This document shows positions 13,491 to 26,849 of a stretch of DNA of 64,000 nt, one piece after another. The notes under the pieces are model-generated. The model worked only from the letters and a program-made list of their open reading frames with translations, ran no database searches and was not told the origin of the DNA. This DNA comes from Setoptus koraiensis (lineage: Eukaryota; Animalia; Arthropoda), in assembly GCA_048013815.1 (NCBI GenBank), contig CM106585.1:4712001-4776000 (forward strand), given 5' to 3'. A program made the translations under genes and the position numbers. Positions within the stretch are counted from its first letter, which is position 1; every line of letters begins with the position of its first letter.

Positions 13491-13790
13491 TCAGGCTTTC
13501 ACCAATGACGCAATTTCATTCTCCAAACCTCGAATAAGATCTTCCAAGTCAGATATCATTGCTTCTTGTTCTTTAATGTCCTCTGGCTCTATTTTTCCGT
13601 ATTTATCTTGTGATTCCGCTGGACTCTCCTTCATCTCTATCAGCTCCTCGTTGAACATTTCGAGAGTTCTTTTAGCCAAATCCAATTGTTGTTTTTTATC
13701 TTTCAAATCGGATTCAAGACCTGAATCGACGGCTGAGACGAAACAACATAACGTGCTTAACAAGGCCAAATAGACTAACAAATTTGACAT
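13491..13790 (-). CDS. Small secreted acidic coiled-coil protein D (99 aa)
   Basis: Signal MSNLLVYLALLSTLCCFVSA|VD; two heptad segments (LKDKKQQLDLAKRTLEMFNEEL and IKEQEAMISDLEDLIRGLENEIASL); ATATAAATAG at 13983-13992. Confidence 0.8.
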   Translation of the reverse strand: MSNLLVYLALLSTLCCFVSAVDSGLESDLKDKKQQLDLAKRTLEMFNEELIEMKESPAESQDKYGKIEPEDIKEQEAMISDLEDLIRGLENEIASLVKA

Positions 13791-16700
13791 AGTTAATTTC
13801 TTTTCGTGTGTTCTTTTCTATGTATTTATTAGTTACGATTTGAGATCCAGCTCTTTGGATGATTGATGACTATATGACGACAGTTCGAAGTTGTTTTAGA
13901 CATTCATAGTATGAACAGTTCAAAAGCTTCTCCACAAAATCAACAAATGCTTTCCGAAAATCGCACAGTCTAGTCTGAAGATCTATTTATATATTTTTTC
14001 ACAAAGATATACAAATAGTAATGAAGGCATGTTTTTTGGTGATTAAAATAGCAATTGTACTCGGAGTCAATCAAGAGTGGCAAAAAGTATGTAAAATATG
14101 TATATTTGTCGTCTATTTTTGCCCATTCTCGAACATCTACAGGTTGATTTGGGGCGAATCCACTGTGGGCACCACCAACTTTCAATTTTTTGTTTTATTA
14201 TTTCTCCCTGTTTTGCTACGATTATCTCGAGGACGATTGATCCAAATTTGGCGAGTTTTTGGCAACATATCCGAGGGACTGTTGATAAATCTGTGGCTTT
14301 CTCTTCTGGGGACATGCTGAAATTGAACATCAACAGGATAATTGAAGTTTCCCTTTTACAAAGAGGATTAATTTCAGACATTTTTCGTAGCGAGATCAGT
14401 GATGCTACCTGGCCATCAGTATTTCTAAATGTCTATCGCTCACGCTGTCCGCAGCAACTGTATTTGGACAACCCATTTTTCAATTTTTTTACTTTGCGAT
14501 ATATATTCCTTTGTTTGAGGCTATTCTGCGTGATTTCTTCTCGTGATTGCTTGCTCATGATCGGAACTACCAGTGAGGATTCGCTGCTCTGTGTCACTTC
14601 CAGGGAAATTCTATTCATCCTGATCTCTGATGATGGGCCTCGTAAGCACCTTCTGCAATGAAATCTTCGTCGTCCCCATCTACCGGGTTCAGCTCTATTA
14701 GTTTATGAAAAACTAAGTGGTTCATAATTCCAAGTTCGTATTAGTTGGTATTGATTACAGTATTCAGCTATGCTGAGAATGAATTCGAAAAAAAGAATCA
14801 GATTATTTTGATTCGGTGAGCCAGTAGATAATTTCAACTTGGAAAATTCCGAACAGAATGGCAAGATTATTTTGGAAATTCAGATTAACGCTCAAATCAG
14901 TCTAATATTCCCTTAGACAATGGCCCTAAGTCAGAGTCTCTGACGCATGGTGAGATTATTCAGAGATCGATAACTGAATTACAAAGTGTTGCGGATTATT
15001 ACATTAGATCGCGCGACGACCCGTCCAGTAATAATAGCAACCATAAACTTGAAGCAGAGTAACTAGATCTCCCATGGACACTGGAGCTGCTTGAATGGCT
15101 ATGTATTATTCAGATCAAATTATAAAAGTTCGACGCTCTAGATGGCTAGACAATTGACAGGGCCCCTAAAAAAGGCTCAAAGCTCCAACTGCTTGTCGTA
15201 CAGTCTAGCTGAACGAACATTAGCATAGAGATTATAATGTTGTGTATAGTAGTCAGTGGACTGGCCAGATTAATTAGATTGAATTGAAATATGTGCGGTT
15301 GACTGTGGTTAGAGTTGATTTTGTGCCAGATGAGAGAGATGAGATTGTGTTTACAATTTGTTTGTCAATTACGATAGCTCGAACCAACGACACGATCAAG
15401 CCCACAGCGAATAGTCTAGGTATAGCTTATCAACAAAGAGAAAGAGAGTGTGACCTTCGAATACTAATCGACATGGACCAAAACAAACAGATTAAATAGC
15501 CCTCTGCTCGCTTGAACCATAGTTGCCAGCACAATGAGATAGGCACCCCGTTGAGCCGTTTCCGTTGATTGTATCAAATCAATTGTGTGCTGGCCCCACT
15601 CATGACCGCCTACATCGTGAATGGGCCCAACAAATAAAAGGCTTAGGCCAGTAACCTTCTTCGTTGGACTGGACCATGGTCGTAAGTGTGGGCCCCGTTT
15701 ACGTAACAATGCCAAGATCAAATTACGATAAGCTCTCTACAACACTGCTAATATTACTATGCGTGAGAATTATTGAGGCAAAACTATTATTAGATAGTTT
15801 GCCCAGCCGCAGAGAGTATTTAGCAGATATTAGCATCATGTATTGGACGCGCTGCAAATTGCACCAAAGAGTTTTGGTATTTTTTCTTTGCCTCCAGAGC
15901 CGAATCAAACAAGTGCAGCGACCCAAAGCACAGAGACTGCCACTTCTCAGCTTGTTCAGTGAGGTTTGCACTTTAATTAATCTCATGTTTCTTTGGTCGA
16001 CAATCTGAGATTACCCTATTGTCTTGCCAGATTTTGGAGCACGCCAGCCCGCCATTTTTGCTTTCCATGCGTTAGTTGTGTGAGAATGAGTGGCGCCAGT
16101 CATTGGACCATTGTGGCTAATAGTCAAACCGAGACGAAACAGTATCTCTTGGAATTGTGACGACGAAATCTCAGACGTGCTCGCTCAATTGTTGGGGCTC
16201 GAGCAAATCGCTTGTTGGCTGACACAAAATTAACATTGTTGGCTCTCATCTAGAACAGATTTAGCAATGGTAATCCGATTAAAACTAAGACTGGCAAGCG
16301 TTGCCAGGCTGTTGCTGTAGTTAAATTTAATCCACTTACTTAGTCCACCAGACGAAACTTAAATGTACCCACCAGTCTGAACGAATGCGGCTGGCTTTCT
16401 GGTTGTGTGTTTGATTTGCGCGCCAGCGCTCTCTATTAGTCTATTCTTTCTTTCGCTTGTTAGTACTTTTGGGTACTTTTGGCCTCGGGCGCCGCATCTG
16501 ACGGCACCGGTGGGGCGCCGGCGACGACCCAGATGCAATTATGAGCGCTCGGGCATCAATGTCAGGGGACAGCCAACGAGGACAAAACTTTTTGCAGAGT
16601 TAACTTACACACTATTGCAAGCAATATAAATGCGATAGTTGCACTGACTAAGTGGATTTGTATCAGCTTATGAGAGTCGGGTCTTGATTGCGCCCATTGC

Positions 16701-19700
16701 TCGCCCATTGGGCGCCGCGTGAGACAGTGAGCCAATGGTATAAATTTGCGCGCCTCTGCAAAACTTTGCCAGACGCTGAAGGCAATAAAAATCTTTGGCT
16801 TGTATAAGAGAGCAAATCGATCGATATTAGCGACACAGCTATCGGGTTGTGCGCGAATACAAAGACTTTTGGCCAGTCTTTTGGCGCAATTTTGACGCCG
16901 CCGCTTGTAAGTGTGCCAGTTGTATGTTTGTTGTGCTCAATAATTTTGTAGCCGAATAAAATCATTTACCCCTTATGCAAATGATTTTATTTTATCCGCT
17001 TTCTCTCGCGCTAGCCACACTGGCTGCTTGCAACTGCAATAAGTTGTCTCTGGCAAATATATGTATATATATTCACGTTGCTGCGTCGGGCCCCTGTCGC
17101 ACGGTCTTTGTTTGTGCTCGCAATAGTTAACTGAGTTTGCTGTGGTATATGGGAGTCATCAGTTGAACTCGCTCTCCCTCGCCGTTAGACAGTGAGCTTA
17201 GCGCCGGGTATTAATAGGGCTACAAGGATAAAGTTGTGTGCCCACTGATGGCTGGCCCCATTGGCCCCATTGGCTTGCTAGCCGGCGCGCACATTATCAC
17301 AATTGCTGTGCCGTTGGATTACATAGATGCGATTGGGCCGCTGGCAGGATGTCGCGGCGGTTGTTGCATCTTTTGAAAGCCATTACTAATTCCATTTATT
17401 TTCAATCTCAACTAATGTATCATTAATCTTGAATACCACCACCCATCCTAATGCGGCCCCACTCTGGCAGCCTGCCCCGTTTCACTCCCACCCGCTCGCT
17501 CTGTATAATAACTTGCCCATTATAACTGCTCTGTCTTCTCCGTCTCGCCAGCTCTTATCGACGACCTCTCGTTGTGTGTGTGTGTGGCGTATATTTGAGA
17601 CTTGTCGCTAGCTGTGTTGTCGCTGCAAATGTTGATCCGAGAAGCGAGAATAATCGTCAATACCATTAGATCTTCTTATCGTTCATTCGCAAATTTAACA
17701 TGGACCAGATAACGCTTCCGGCTAGTGCAAATTGCACGCAACTAACCATGGTCTGAGCACCACAACGACGACAACCTCCCTGGCTGGACTCGTGCCCAAT
17801 GATATACAACAACTGTGATATACAAGCAAGAAAGTGATAATCACATACTGCAACGAAAATTGCGAATTGCGCCCAGAATTCACATTGGCGAGCTCGCGGC
17901 CAACAAACCTGGCTCGGGCCGAGCCACAGCCCAAGCCATGGGTTTGGCCTGTCACTTTTGCGGCGCACAATAGATAAGATCAATTGGGGGCTCGGTGCAA
18001 CCCGAGTGCAACGTTCAGAGATAAAGGCTCGCGACCACAGACGGGCCCCAGTGTTGGGCCCACAACGAGTCTAGCTGCTAGACTCTAGCTGCAACAAGCG
18101 GCGGCGAAACCAGAAAGTCCAGCATAGCTATCTATGAATAAATATTTTCGGACAATTTTTCGACAACTGATTTCTGAGCTTTTTTCCGCCACGTTTGCCC
18201 AATAGAAGCCTAATGGAAGCCGAATGGAAGCCGAAATCCGCCTGCCAGCCGATGCTCGCGAAACTCAGTCGTGCGCAAACGCCCCGAGAAAGTTCACACG
18301 TGAAGCTTTCGGCAAGCGATTTTGGGCAAATCTTAAATCTAATTCGAGCCGAAAACATTCTATAAAATGGTTGCTGCGCCGGATCTCTCTTGATTTGATT
18401 CAATATCTGGCCTGCTCCTTGGCGCGCCAGCAACGACTCGTTCTTCGCTTTCTGCGTCGCCCACTCGCTGGCTCGCCGTCCGGACGGAAATGAACCAGAT
18501 TGAATATTGTGTATATGGCAACAATGTTTGCGAATCCGGTAATTTTATTGATGTAGCCAGTGGCGATGCGTTTGGGCCAAGACACAGCGAACAGATTGGG
18601 GCCGGGCGCGCATAGCCGCTATTGGCGAGATATGTTGACAATTGGATTTGTTTCATTTGCATTGTATGACATTGTCGTGGCGAACGCGCCGGTGCGCCCA
18701 TGAATAGTGATAAAAGTAAAAGTAATCATGCGGCCATGATGGCTTGCGCACCTATATGATGACATATAACATAGGCAGCAAGATGGAATTGGAATGGTAA
18801 CGTAAGAGAATTATTATATAGTTATAGTTTGGCGCGATATTGGCGCCGATACAAACCAAACTGCACACAATCTAGTGACGCAACCAACTGCGCCGAGCTA
18901 ACCAAGTTTAGCTGGCCGCTGACTTGGCCGACTTGGCCAGCTTCGGGGGCAAATTGAAAAATAATAATGGCGGTGTTGGCGCATTGCCACCGCCGCCAAT
19001 AGACAAATATAATGGCTATTACATAATGCAATTTGGCTCACCTCGCCGCCACGGCCGTAATGTTTGCTGGCCGGCTGGCACGGTGGCGCTTATTGCCTGG
19101 CGAGTCCATCTTTTATCTATTTATTTTCGCGTTTTGCACACACTCGCCTCAACATGGCGCGGCATCGCTGGCTGGCTGGCTGACTGGCCGGCTGGCTGGC
19201 CGCCGCAATCTGGCCTCTGTGCTCGCCGCCGGGCCCCAAAGATATTTCGGCGCGCGCGGCCGGGTCCTGTTGCCCTGTTTGGCGTGCCGGCGACGTCGTG
19301 GTGTTTGCGGCCATTGATTGACTGATAACGATGTGATCATTCATCTACACACGTAGCAATTTTATTGCGGCGCCCGAGCGCGCCCGCTCATGAGATCATC
19401 ATCACACGAATGTGTGTGTGTGTATTATTATCGTCAAGAGGACCCGCTGGCAGCCACTTCGATCCACTTCCAATTGGCCGCCCGCGCGGCTGTGCGGTGC
19501 GGCACGGGCGGGCGGCATCTCGCCAGCGCGCCGTCACTTAAACCAGCGTTAGAATGAAATTTTTCGATACCGTTCCTATACGTCATCATCGAGGCGAAAT
19601 GGGCGCAAATGGCCCAATGGTAATTGGTGACCATCTATCTCTTGGGGCCGGCGCTGTTTGACGATTGTTGCCCGCCGCCATGTTTGTTGTCGTGCGTTTC

Positions 19701-20898
19701 GGGCGGGCGCCGTTCGTGATCGCACACAACGACCGCACCGCACCAAATTGAGCCGCGCCGAGCCGCACCGAGCCCCACCAAACGCCAATGCATTAATGGG
19801 CCCGTCGGCCGGCCAGCCAGGGGCGCCGCGATCGCGCACCAACGCCACCGAGAGGCGCGACAGGCGAGCGTGCAGAAAAGAAGCCACAATAATGATCAAT
19901 TCAATCTAGAGGAAATGAAGCGTTTAAATCGAGAAGGAATAAGAAAAACAACGACGCCCGAAGAGGAGAGTGCGCCCGCGAAATGCATTCAGCTGCAGCC
20001 ATCAGCGAGCTTGCCAATGGGCAGCTCGCCAGGCTGTCTGGCTGTGCCTGCAGCGTCAACGGCGCCCCTACAGTCGGGCCCCGAAATCCATTCATGGTGT
20101 TCATGGCGTGGCATGTTGGCAACTGGCGCGGCGGCATTGTTGTTGACCTTCGGCGTCCATATCTCTGGCAGCTCGCCTCGGCATCGGCTCGCCACTCAGT
20201 TCGAACTCGACTCCGTCTCGTTCTCTCACTCGGTTCTCTCACTCGGTGTGCCATCTTCGATAAAATGCGCCCCTTCGTTTGTTTCATGGCGCGCGCACAC
20301 TTTTTTATTTCTAGAAGAACAGAATTAGTTGCTCGTGCTTGCCGATTGGGCTCGCCTCTGGCTTGCCCGACACGCCATTGGCCATATCCTAGCCACTAGC
20401 CCAACGAAACCAATAGAGCACCAGCGAAACCGATGCGACCATTCCGATTGTTGCAACAGTGCGAGCCATTGACAAGCATTGGCCGGTGGACATTTTATAA
20501 ATACGAAGCCGCCAGCCGCAAAAGTCCAAAATCAGTTTGAATTGAACATCGGCGCACAAGCCGCAACCAGCAACATAATAACAATAATCCAGACTAATCT
20601 TTCATTGTTTCCTCTGTCTGTCTGCCTCTATTTCCAATCCGTGATCCTCGGCTGCTTCAATGGTTACTCGGATGTAAAACTGGCGCAAACAAACGTGCAA
20701 ACAAAACTGATGGCTTCATTCAATCACTACCATCATTTGTAATGCTACCACTAATGTTAACTAATTTTCGAACTCGCCAACGGCACCGTTGCGAACCGCG
20801 AAACGCACACAACTACCAACAAAACAACCATCGACAAAACGACAAAAACTACAACTGAAACAACAACATGATTATTGTAACGGCCAACAAATACCAAC

Positions 20899-23800
20899 AT
20901 GCATCGTCGGCGCCAGATCGTCATCGAGGGCCTAGAAGAGCCAGGGGGCGATTTAGGTTTAGCCATTAAAGGTGGAGCAGAGTATAACATACCCATTTAT
21001 GTCTCTCATATACTAGACGGCTCGTCGGCGTCTAGATCGGGTCTAAAAGTGGGCGACAGAATACTAAACATCAATGGACATGACACTTTTTACATGAGCC
21101 ATGATGAAGTCTGTGATTTGCTTAGAACCTCAAATAGATTATTATTATGGGTCAAATATTCCAGTTATGTGCCTTCAAATGCCAGCGCTCAGCTGAACAA
21201 CACCATCGACAACAACAACAACAACAGCAACAACATGACCAATAGTGATTTAAATGAGTCAACTTTTGAGTGCACCAATCAACAGCAAGCTACAATTAAA
21301 CAACAAAACGCCATTGGTCCATTGGACAACAGTACTAATTATCCAATCATAGGCCAGTCAGTGTCGAGCAGCCAGCAACAAACAACCAACAACAAACATG
21401 CGAGACCAGTAAGATTGTTCCGGTCCCAAGAGAATCTGCTAGAGAATTCAGATTATGCAAGAACTGTACTCAACGATACACGAAGACCTTTAATGGGTGG
21501 CCAATATTTAGGTGCTACTAGCTCTAACTATAATTTGTTACAGCCGAAACAAGATCCAATCAACGGATATCAAGACATTTTCGGCCGTTACAGAGAATAC
21601 CCACGAAAACATTCAAATAATTTCGGTAAGTAATTCTACCCTCGATATCTATTCCCTTTGGTCACTTTGCCGTGATTTTCGGGCCATATTTGGAAACTCT
21701 TGCGCTTTGTTGATGATGCACCACTCCGATTCGTGCGGACTTGTTTCGTTCTGATCAGAATAACTGTCACTTGATCGATTCGCTATTACGAATTGACTCC
21801 ACTCTGTCAATCATGCTCGTTTTTTTCAGCTGACCAAAAAACTGTGTGTCAGGCTGAAAAAATTATTTATAGCGCTTGGTTGGTTATAGGGAGAGAGAGA
21901 GAGCTGAAATATACGAAATAAATCCAATATGGAAATTTCGGTGAGCTTCTACTGGCTATGGTGCTACAATTGCCAGTGGAGGCCGGTTATTAGGACAATG
22001 CAAGTTGATTTCTCTTGAAATTTGTCACAGACATGTGATGCACTAAAGTTGGCCGCTTAAATTGATTATAATTCTTTGATTTTCTTTTTTTTTTTTCGCA
22101 GTCGGCGAATACCAGCATCGGAACAGAAGTGCTTCAGCATCTTGGTTGAACGATGACAGTAGACGATATCTTTCGACACACAGCAACGCCTATTTGCCTC
22201 GTGATGGTCTCACAAGATATTTGAATGAACTGAATGCGTCGAATGAAAATTTCACCGGCAACGGCACTGAAACGAGAAGTCGGCGTGGAAAATTTGAATT
22301 GGCAAGCGACAAATTGAACAGCAGGCCAAGTGGCTCCTGCTACAGACAAAACAGAGCTATAACAAGACAATCGGCCAGCAATATTTACAACCCCGGCAAT
22401 ATTACTGATACGAGTGATACGGACGATGCGGACGACAACAATAATAATTACAACTATCATCATGGACCCTCGGATGCGTATCATTCGAGGGCACTGCAAC
22501 GAACAAGATTGGTGAGTCCATGCAAGAACAAACAAGCAACCAGCCAGCTGAATAGATTGACACACCGGCGCCAATCTCGACAATTTTATTCAAACAATAA
22601 ACATCAACGAGCCTCAATGAGTGATCCAGAAAACAATAGCTCTCTGAATGATTGTTTGACACCCTATTGCAACGACCTAAACAACATGAATGGCTGGCTG
22701 AATAGTAATTGTGACCAGTTAACCATTGGTGGCGGTAATTATGTAATGGGTTCCTTAGGTAGACGCAGCGATGATAGTGGCGTTCGAACAAACATTTACA
22801 CGCACACATTATATAATAATGAAGCAATAGCAGATAATTTAAATAACAAGTTTTACAATGGCCGTCCTTATCACCACCACCACCAGCAGCACCATCAACA
22901 ATTGAGGGCGCGTTCATCTTCGCCGACGGGGCGCGGTTGTGGGGCGCGTAATCGATCATTGTCGTTCTTAATCAATGATGACAACGCAAAAATAATGACC
23001 ACAACAACTAGAAGAAACAGTATGATAAGCAGTAGCGCGAGAAAAGACTTCGAAGAAGATGAACTAGTTCGCGATCATCTTAAACGCAACGACGATCTAC
23101 AATTTGAGATGGATTTTGACGCTCAAATGGCCAGATTGTTTACAGAGAGCGAGAGAATAGATTTTGCCTATTATCTGAATGAGTATGAAACTAAATCGTA
23201 TGGCATTCAATCGTTTATTAGATCCATCTATAACATGTTTGCGAGTTCGCCAGCTAGATATGAAATACTTTTTCGTTACGTTAGAAAATTAATTCAAGCC
23301 AGAGATGTTAAACATTTTGATGAGCTGCTGTTGTTATTTCAACAACAATATCCCTTTGGCACCAACAATGGCGACAACAATAGTTGCACGTTGCCGCCGC
23401 GACAACAGCAACAACAGCAACAACAACAGCAGCAACAACAACAACAGCAACAACTAGAGCAAATCTTGGTGTCTGGCGTGTCCGGCGCTGGCCCTATAAA
23501 GACATTGTCCGATCTTTACGGCCAGAGTTCGGACAAGAGCCCATTGAACAGCGGCAACCACAACCACAAACATATCAACACCAACACCAACAACCACAAC
23601 AATGGGCCCTTTAGCAATAACAATAAGATGGAATGGACCACTGACGGAGGCTATCAAGAGAATTCTGGACAGCGCCATCATCATCATCAAGCGGCGACCA
23701 ATCAGCGTCAACGTCAACGCGGCGCCCACAACTATAGCTCTAGCCACAGTAATCTCCATTTGCACCGGCCCCCGCCGCCACCGCCACCTATACCACGACC

Positions 23801-25557
23801 GAGGTCGTCATTCGATGAGGGCGCCTACTTCCATCACTCTAACTCGGTTGCTCATTTGGCTGGAATCAAGCTAAATAATAGTAATAATAATCAACGGTGT
23901 CAACAGAGTGGCGCTACCAGCGTTTATCCCTACTGTTACAAACAAGCTGACCACTACATTAATGGGCAATTCTGTGGCAGCAGCAGCAGCGACAACGTCA
24001 ATAAACTGACCACTGCCAACGACATTAGATTCCAGCAGCAGCAACAACAACAACAACAGCAACACCATCTTGACGCTGGCGCTGGATATAATCAGTTGAG
24101 AGGGACAATGACAAATGAAGGATCTATCTATCAAATGGATCAAACAGCACCTCGCAAAAACCAGCAGCAGCAGCGCCACCACCAACACCACCACCAGGGG
24201 GCGAGTAGTAGGCTCAGTGACAATAGCAACAACAATACGGCCCCAAATAGATACACCATTTCTAAGCAGGTTGTCACCGATATTGATAGCTATCGTCCAA
24301 TGATTGCGGCCAGCAATAGCATCAATGTCATTGAATTGGACGACGACTATCATCAAGACTACAGCCCTCACTACCAACAGCAGCAACACCACCACCACCA
24401 CCAACAACAACAGCAACCGCACCAACAACAACAGCCACATGTGCCAACTAACTACAACATTTTGCCGGCTGGTGAAATCAACCAAACTAGATCAAGATCA
24501 TCCAACATAAGTTACATAGATGACGTAACTAATGCAACTTTTGCAAACAACAGCAATAGACAGCTAGAACAAATAGATTACGCCACTGTCGAGCCAACAT
24601 CAATGCAAAATCGACAGCATTACAACCAATATAACGACAACAATAGTCTTTCTTCGCAGCCACAATTGACCGACGGAGGCCCTGTTAATCCAATCCAGCA
24701 TCAACGACAACAACAGCACCAGCACAATCAACGGTATAATCAGCAGCTAGATACAAACACCAATAACAGCCTGAACCCCTACGGGGGCCCGTATAGCGGC
24801 CAGACTTCTAGAACTGCCAGGCATCACCATCAGGTATCTGGTGGCAATGCCGCAAATAATCTTGCCGATCGCAACATTCCGCAAAGCAATGCACAATTAG
24901 CCACGGAACTGTCCTCCGAATCCATCGTGGCACCTCAGGCGATATCGCGACTGCCAACATCAGTGGCCGAACAGGTAATAATTAAAAGTAGTGCACCAGT
25001 CAAAACAAAGACTGAAAACGTGCAAATTCGTTGCCACTGCAGTCTCTCACGAATTATTTTCGAGCGAAAATTTACCCCCAAAAGAATTGTAAACTAACCT
25101 TTTTTTTCATTTTCCGAATTTTCTATTCTCTGTATGCGTCAATTTTCTACTGTCTGCGTCAATATGGCAAAACCCATTCATAACAAACGCAACATACGCA
25201 TCGCAGATGAAGGAACAAGCTAGCAACTATGTCAGTAGAAAGAATAGGCCAACCGGAAGCAGAATCAGACGAACATTGAAGGTTAAAATCAAAAAAAGCA
25301 AACCAATTCTGGGCATAGCCATTGAGGGCGGCTACAATGTTAGCGGTCAACTATTGCCCCGAATAGTTTGCGTACACGAGGATGGGGCCGCCTACGAATG
25401 CGGGATGTTGCGAGCTAGCGATCTGATTTTAGAGGTAAACGGCGAATCGACCGTCAATATGACACACGATGATATTGCCAAGACCATAGCCAACGCATAT
25501 TACCAGGACACTAGAAATTATATCGAGTTCCTAGTAGGCGAAAATGTGGTCGAATAG
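20899..25557 (+). CDS. WHRN: Whirlin/PDZD7/dyschronic-family PDZ scaffold (about 1316 aa as modelled; 5' end uncertain)
   Basis: Exons 20899-21625, 22102-24974, 25207-25557, all GT-AG with compatible phases (1, 0). Contains a PDZ resembling whirlin PDZ2 (GLAIKGGAEY...GLKVGDRILNING), an HHD2-like helical domain (LFTESERIDFAYYLNEY...VRKLIQARDVKHFDELL), a poly-Pro stretch, and a C-terminal PDZ3 (LGIAIEGG...LPRIV...ILEVNG...YIEFLV). Confidence 0.8.
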
Positions 25558-25981
25558 TCGCAGAAAAAATGCCTGGCATGTGACTAAAGTATTATATATT
25601 TTGGTTAATTGGTAAACCGTGCAATAAATGGCGCGTTGAGTCAAGTACAATATCAAGTAAAAATTTGTTTAACAATATTTTGCCTCCATGTAACTATACA
25701 TTATAAAGGCAAAAACACGAATCTACACTAACAAGCTCTTGTAAGTGTTCACAAATGGCATCATACAATTTTACAACGAAAACGAGCTTTTATCATCGAC
25801 CAAACCATACCAAAAATGGACATCACAACGACAACACTACTTAAGAGATGTTTAACTTTTAGAGTTCACAGTTCGAGCCTTAAATAAATTATATGATATG
25901 TTGTTTTCATAAGCCAACATATTGTAATTGTTGATTAATTGTGAGCCTTGCCGATCCGACAGTTATCATCAGCCACGTTCA

Positions 25982-26544
25982 GTTCACTCTCCCGAAGAGA
26001 GCCTATTGATCTTGAGGAGTTTGTTTGCTGGCTCACTTTCTGGTTACAAGACAGCATTTCCAATAGATGTACAAATTGAGTGTCATTGAATACTATTTTG
26101 ATTTGGTGGCATTTACACAGTTTTATTCAATACCGGAAATGTGAAGTTATTTGGGGCCAAATTAGCAGATGATTTTAGTTCTAGTTTTCGGACAAAACTT
26201 GGTAGTTGATTAATCGAAACTACGATTGTTATGATCAATAAATTTATACGAATCACACTCATGAAGTTCATTTTAAGCAATTTCGACGGGCCAATTGAAC
26301 AGATCTCATCAACGAGCCGCCTCAGCAGTAAAATCTCATTTCTTTTAATGAGTTCATTCGAACCATCAAGCACGTGGTTGCCTGCCATTCTGAGACTGGC
26401 GAAACCTATAGGTCGATGATTGTTGTGTCGATCATAATTTTTGTCACCAGAGCAGTTTGACCGGTTGGTCATGATGTCAAAAGCCGAAGTTGTTTGTTTA
26501 TGGGAACGTTCTCTCTTTGACTCTTCTCTAATCGCTCGATGATG
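25982..26544 (-). repeat. 563-bp direct duplicate of 31061-31623 (3' end and 3' flank of the GR-like gene); orphan copy
   Basis: Constant offset of 5079 at both ends, so no net indel. I count three substitutions in the non-coding part. The last 119 aa are translated identically in both copies. Confidence 0.95.
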
Positions 26545-26849
26545 AATAGAATATCGGTTATCTTGAGCATGGAATAAGAGAATACTCTTAGGTATTTATC
26601 CTCTACTCTGTCTGGCTCGTGCAAGTAGAGATTTGTCAAAACTGTTTGAGCAAGCGAGTGTCCCTCTAGCCATGTCACCAGACAAGCGTATGTATCATCG
26701 ATAATACCTATAAGCTCATTATCCTCTAAATTATTAATTTTCACTAAGCCACATCTAACTGATTGCTCCAGATTCAAAATCTTTCTCTCTATCTTATTAG
26801 ATATCATACCAGTGTCCATTTTCGAGTCCATCAATTCTATAGCCGCCAT
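26545..26849 (-). pseudogene. NAA35: NAA35/MAK10 (NatC auxiliary subunit) internal gene fragment, about 100 codons
   Basis: MAAIELMDSKMDTGM...LVTWLEGHSLAQTVLTNLYLH matches the conserved Mak10 N-terminal motifs (AMSAIEMMDPKMDAGM; WLEGHSLAQTV). Fused out of frame to the GR duplicate. Confidence 0.85.

Noticed and set aside
13970-14705. Overlapping 187-aa (+) and 104/61-aa (-) ORFs, the latter two in frame across one TAG
   Set aside because: No recognisable motif, signal peptide or transposase signature. Possibly a relic; tBLASTx would be needed.
22134-24510. Antisense and alternate-frame ORFs (poly-L/V/M/T) within the whirlin exon
   Set aside because: Shadows of CAA/CAG/AAC codon runs in the real coding frame.
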